From Mytilus edulis (lineage: Eukaryota): DNA of 64,000 bases. Position 1 is the stretch's first letter; the number at the start of each line of letters is the position of its first letter. The notes under the pieces were generated by a model. That model searched no databases. It saw nothing but the letters and a program-made list of their open reading frames with translations, and had not been told where the DNA came from. The stretch is taken from assembly GCF_963676685.1 (NCBI RefSeq), contig NC_092344.1, positions 86,118,001-86,182,000 of the forward strand. The letters are read 5' to 3'. The translations under genes and the position numbers were made by a program. Below are positions 61,830 to 64,000 of the stretch, one piece after another.

Positions 61830-62830
61830 AAATGACCAGCATTCCACAAACCCAAAACCCTAAAAGGTATTTTAGTACATCAAAATCATTAGAAATATCA
61901 AAAGATAATTATAGAAGCCATACTAGAAACCGTCACTACTGAAAAAGCAGACATTTTAAGTCAACAATTACAGCTAGTACTCACAAAAAAAATAATAAAA
62001 TCAAACAATATTCTTGATAAAGGCCCAAGTCCATACAAAAAAATGCCAGAAATAGAAATCACACCATCTGGTTTATTTAAATTACTATACAGAAGCTAAA
62101 ACCCCACAAAGCTAGTGGTTAACGGCATCATTAGACGAGTATAAAAACAACTAAAAACACAGATCGCAGCAATGTTAATCACCATTTTTACTAAATCACA
62201 GCAACAGGCAAAATACCAACAAGCAAACCTTGCACCAGCATTTGCTATTGAAAAGATCTGGGCGAACAAAACAAGTATAAAAAAAATATAGCCATGCAAT
62301 CTCTCTTACTTGTATTTGTTAAATATTCTTGGAGCATTTTGTAACAAAACATATATGTACCATCTGGACTCTGGAGGCAAATAACATCCGTTGCGACCTC
62401 CAATATGGTTTCCGAAAATAGAGATCATGAGAAACACAACTTATTAATTTATACAAGAGCCGCATAACAACAAAAACAAAAATATTCAAATAGTCTTCAT
62501 TACAAAGATTTTAAGCGTTTGATCATAAACTTCTAGTTTACAAGCTTAAATACAACACTCTAAATTGGATTCAGCTTTTTCATTAGACCGTACACAAACA
62601 CATAGAATACATCTGAATCACAAGTCAGGCTGACGATAACATACCAATACCGTGAAATAACAAGTCAACAAGATTATAAATGGAAGGTTGCATGGCTTAT
62701 GAACTTCAAACCTGGCAAATGTACTGTTCTAATCATCACACATCAGAAAAAGATTTGAAACTATAAAATACCAAACACCAACATCAATTCCCCGATAAAG
62801 ATTCTAGAATAACCCAATCACAACAAGTTA
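61830..62830 (+). pseudogene. Highly decayed non-LTR (LINE) reverse transcriptase fragment
   Basis: Frameshifted remnants EKADILS, MPEIEITPSGLFKLL, LQYGFRK.RS.ETQL, AFD and WLMNFKPGKC. Confidence 0.55.
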
Positions 62831-63334
62831 AGACTCTTTGCTGAAATCGATAGCATTATATACCATTATACCGTGAAATAAAATATTAACAAGATTGCTG
62901 AAAACTAAAGACATATATGTTGATAACCACCTTTAATTCCTACCTTCATGGCAAATATATTGTTTATTTACAACATAATAAAACACCAAAACAACATGGA
63001 ATTTAACCAAAATGAAGAACTGGGACTTCTTTCATTTATTGGATACCTAAATTTCATAAGTGTCATTATGAACAACGATATATTATATCATAATGCTAGG
63101 TCTTCAAAGTATACCCGAAACATCTGGCTAAATTATTAACATCAAGTGTATCAGCAAAAACAGCTGAGCGGATTGAATTAATGGTGGATACTAAAAAATA
63201 CAAAGATCTCCCAGACGGTACATAAAAACTAATTCACTTTCCTCTTGCACCGACTTTTCTACTATTTACAAAAGTATTTACCATTCCAAACTCAAAGACA
63301 AGAATTGACCCTGCTATATTTTCATGCTGCATTT

Positions 63335-63742
63335 CTTGATTGATAATATATTTGTTACGTTTGGAGTACATGTTTTTAACAAACAAGCGGGCGGCATTCC
63401 CACGGGAACCAACTGTGCTCCTCTTTTAGCCGACATATTTCTTTTTCATATGTGGCAAACTCATACAGGATCTTAAAATGGAAGAATGAAAAGAAGATTG
63501 CATAATCGAACTCTAAATAAAGGAATGCACCAGATACATATGTGGAGCAGAATCTGCGTACCGTTCTGGATCACATGAGACCACCCCCGGTTTTTTTCGT
63601 GCTGCTCAGTCTTTAGTCTTTAGTTTTCCCTGATGTTTTGTAAACTGTTGGTTATCTTGTCTGTTCTTTTTGCATTGACATTGTCATTTCTTTTTCGGCA
63701 TATGAGTTTGAATGTCCCTTTGGTAAGTTCTGCCTCTCTTAT
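63335..63742 (+). pseudogene. Short Penelope-like RT fragment plus 3' tail
   Basis: DNIFVTFG...GIPTGTNCAPLLAD, homologous to 46055-46150; the tail is similar to 49690-49900. Confidence 0.65.
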
Positions 63743-64000
63743 ATCCTTCAGATGAAAGTTTCAAACTGTAAACCGAAAAATGACTTCAAGACACTATATA
63801 ATAGGTTAACGGAACCAAAATTGTCAGTCCACTACTTGTAGAAGAAAGAAACTATATTAATGTCGAAAGAAATTGTGTGTCTTAAATGCCCCCCCCCCCC
63901 CTTTTCATAAAAAGTGTTGCTAATATTAGACGAAAATTAACACTTTACCTGTGAAGGCTAATGTAATATTAAAACTAACTTCGGAGAAATATTTCCGTGT

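Overview
AT-rich, intron-rich eukaryotic DNA. The repeat families look like those of a bivalve mollusc (Mytilus-like); this is an inference. Genes reconstructed by hand from splice sites and reading frame: (1) the 3' half of the HECT E3 ligase UBE3C (+, 14 exons, 3159-17759); (2) an antisense BEN-domain terminal exon inside a UBE3C intron; (3) a convergent 200-aa claudin/PMP22-superfamily tetraspan gene (-); (4) a complete 10-exon NitFhit fusion gene (+, 35227-42694) carrying two U12-type minor-spliceosome introns, one GT-AG and one AT-AC, each beside a key active-site codon; (5) a stand-alone SETMAR-like SET methyltransferase (-); (6) a head-to-head pair of ARHGAP19-like RhoGAP paralogues with intronless GAP domains. 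Introns and intergenic DNA hold many non-autonomous elements: hAT, Tc1/pogo, Kolobok-like, foldback and EnSpm-like MITEs, Helentron-associated elements with satellite arrays, and Penelope-like and LINE RT relics, including a four-level nested insertion. Two signals are invisible in the ORF track. First, five tiny hairpins (24-53 bp) flanked by 7-bp direct repeats (exact in four, degenerate in one) look like P/Galileo-type transposon excision footprints. Second, there is one intact type I hammerhead ribozyme plus several decayed ones.
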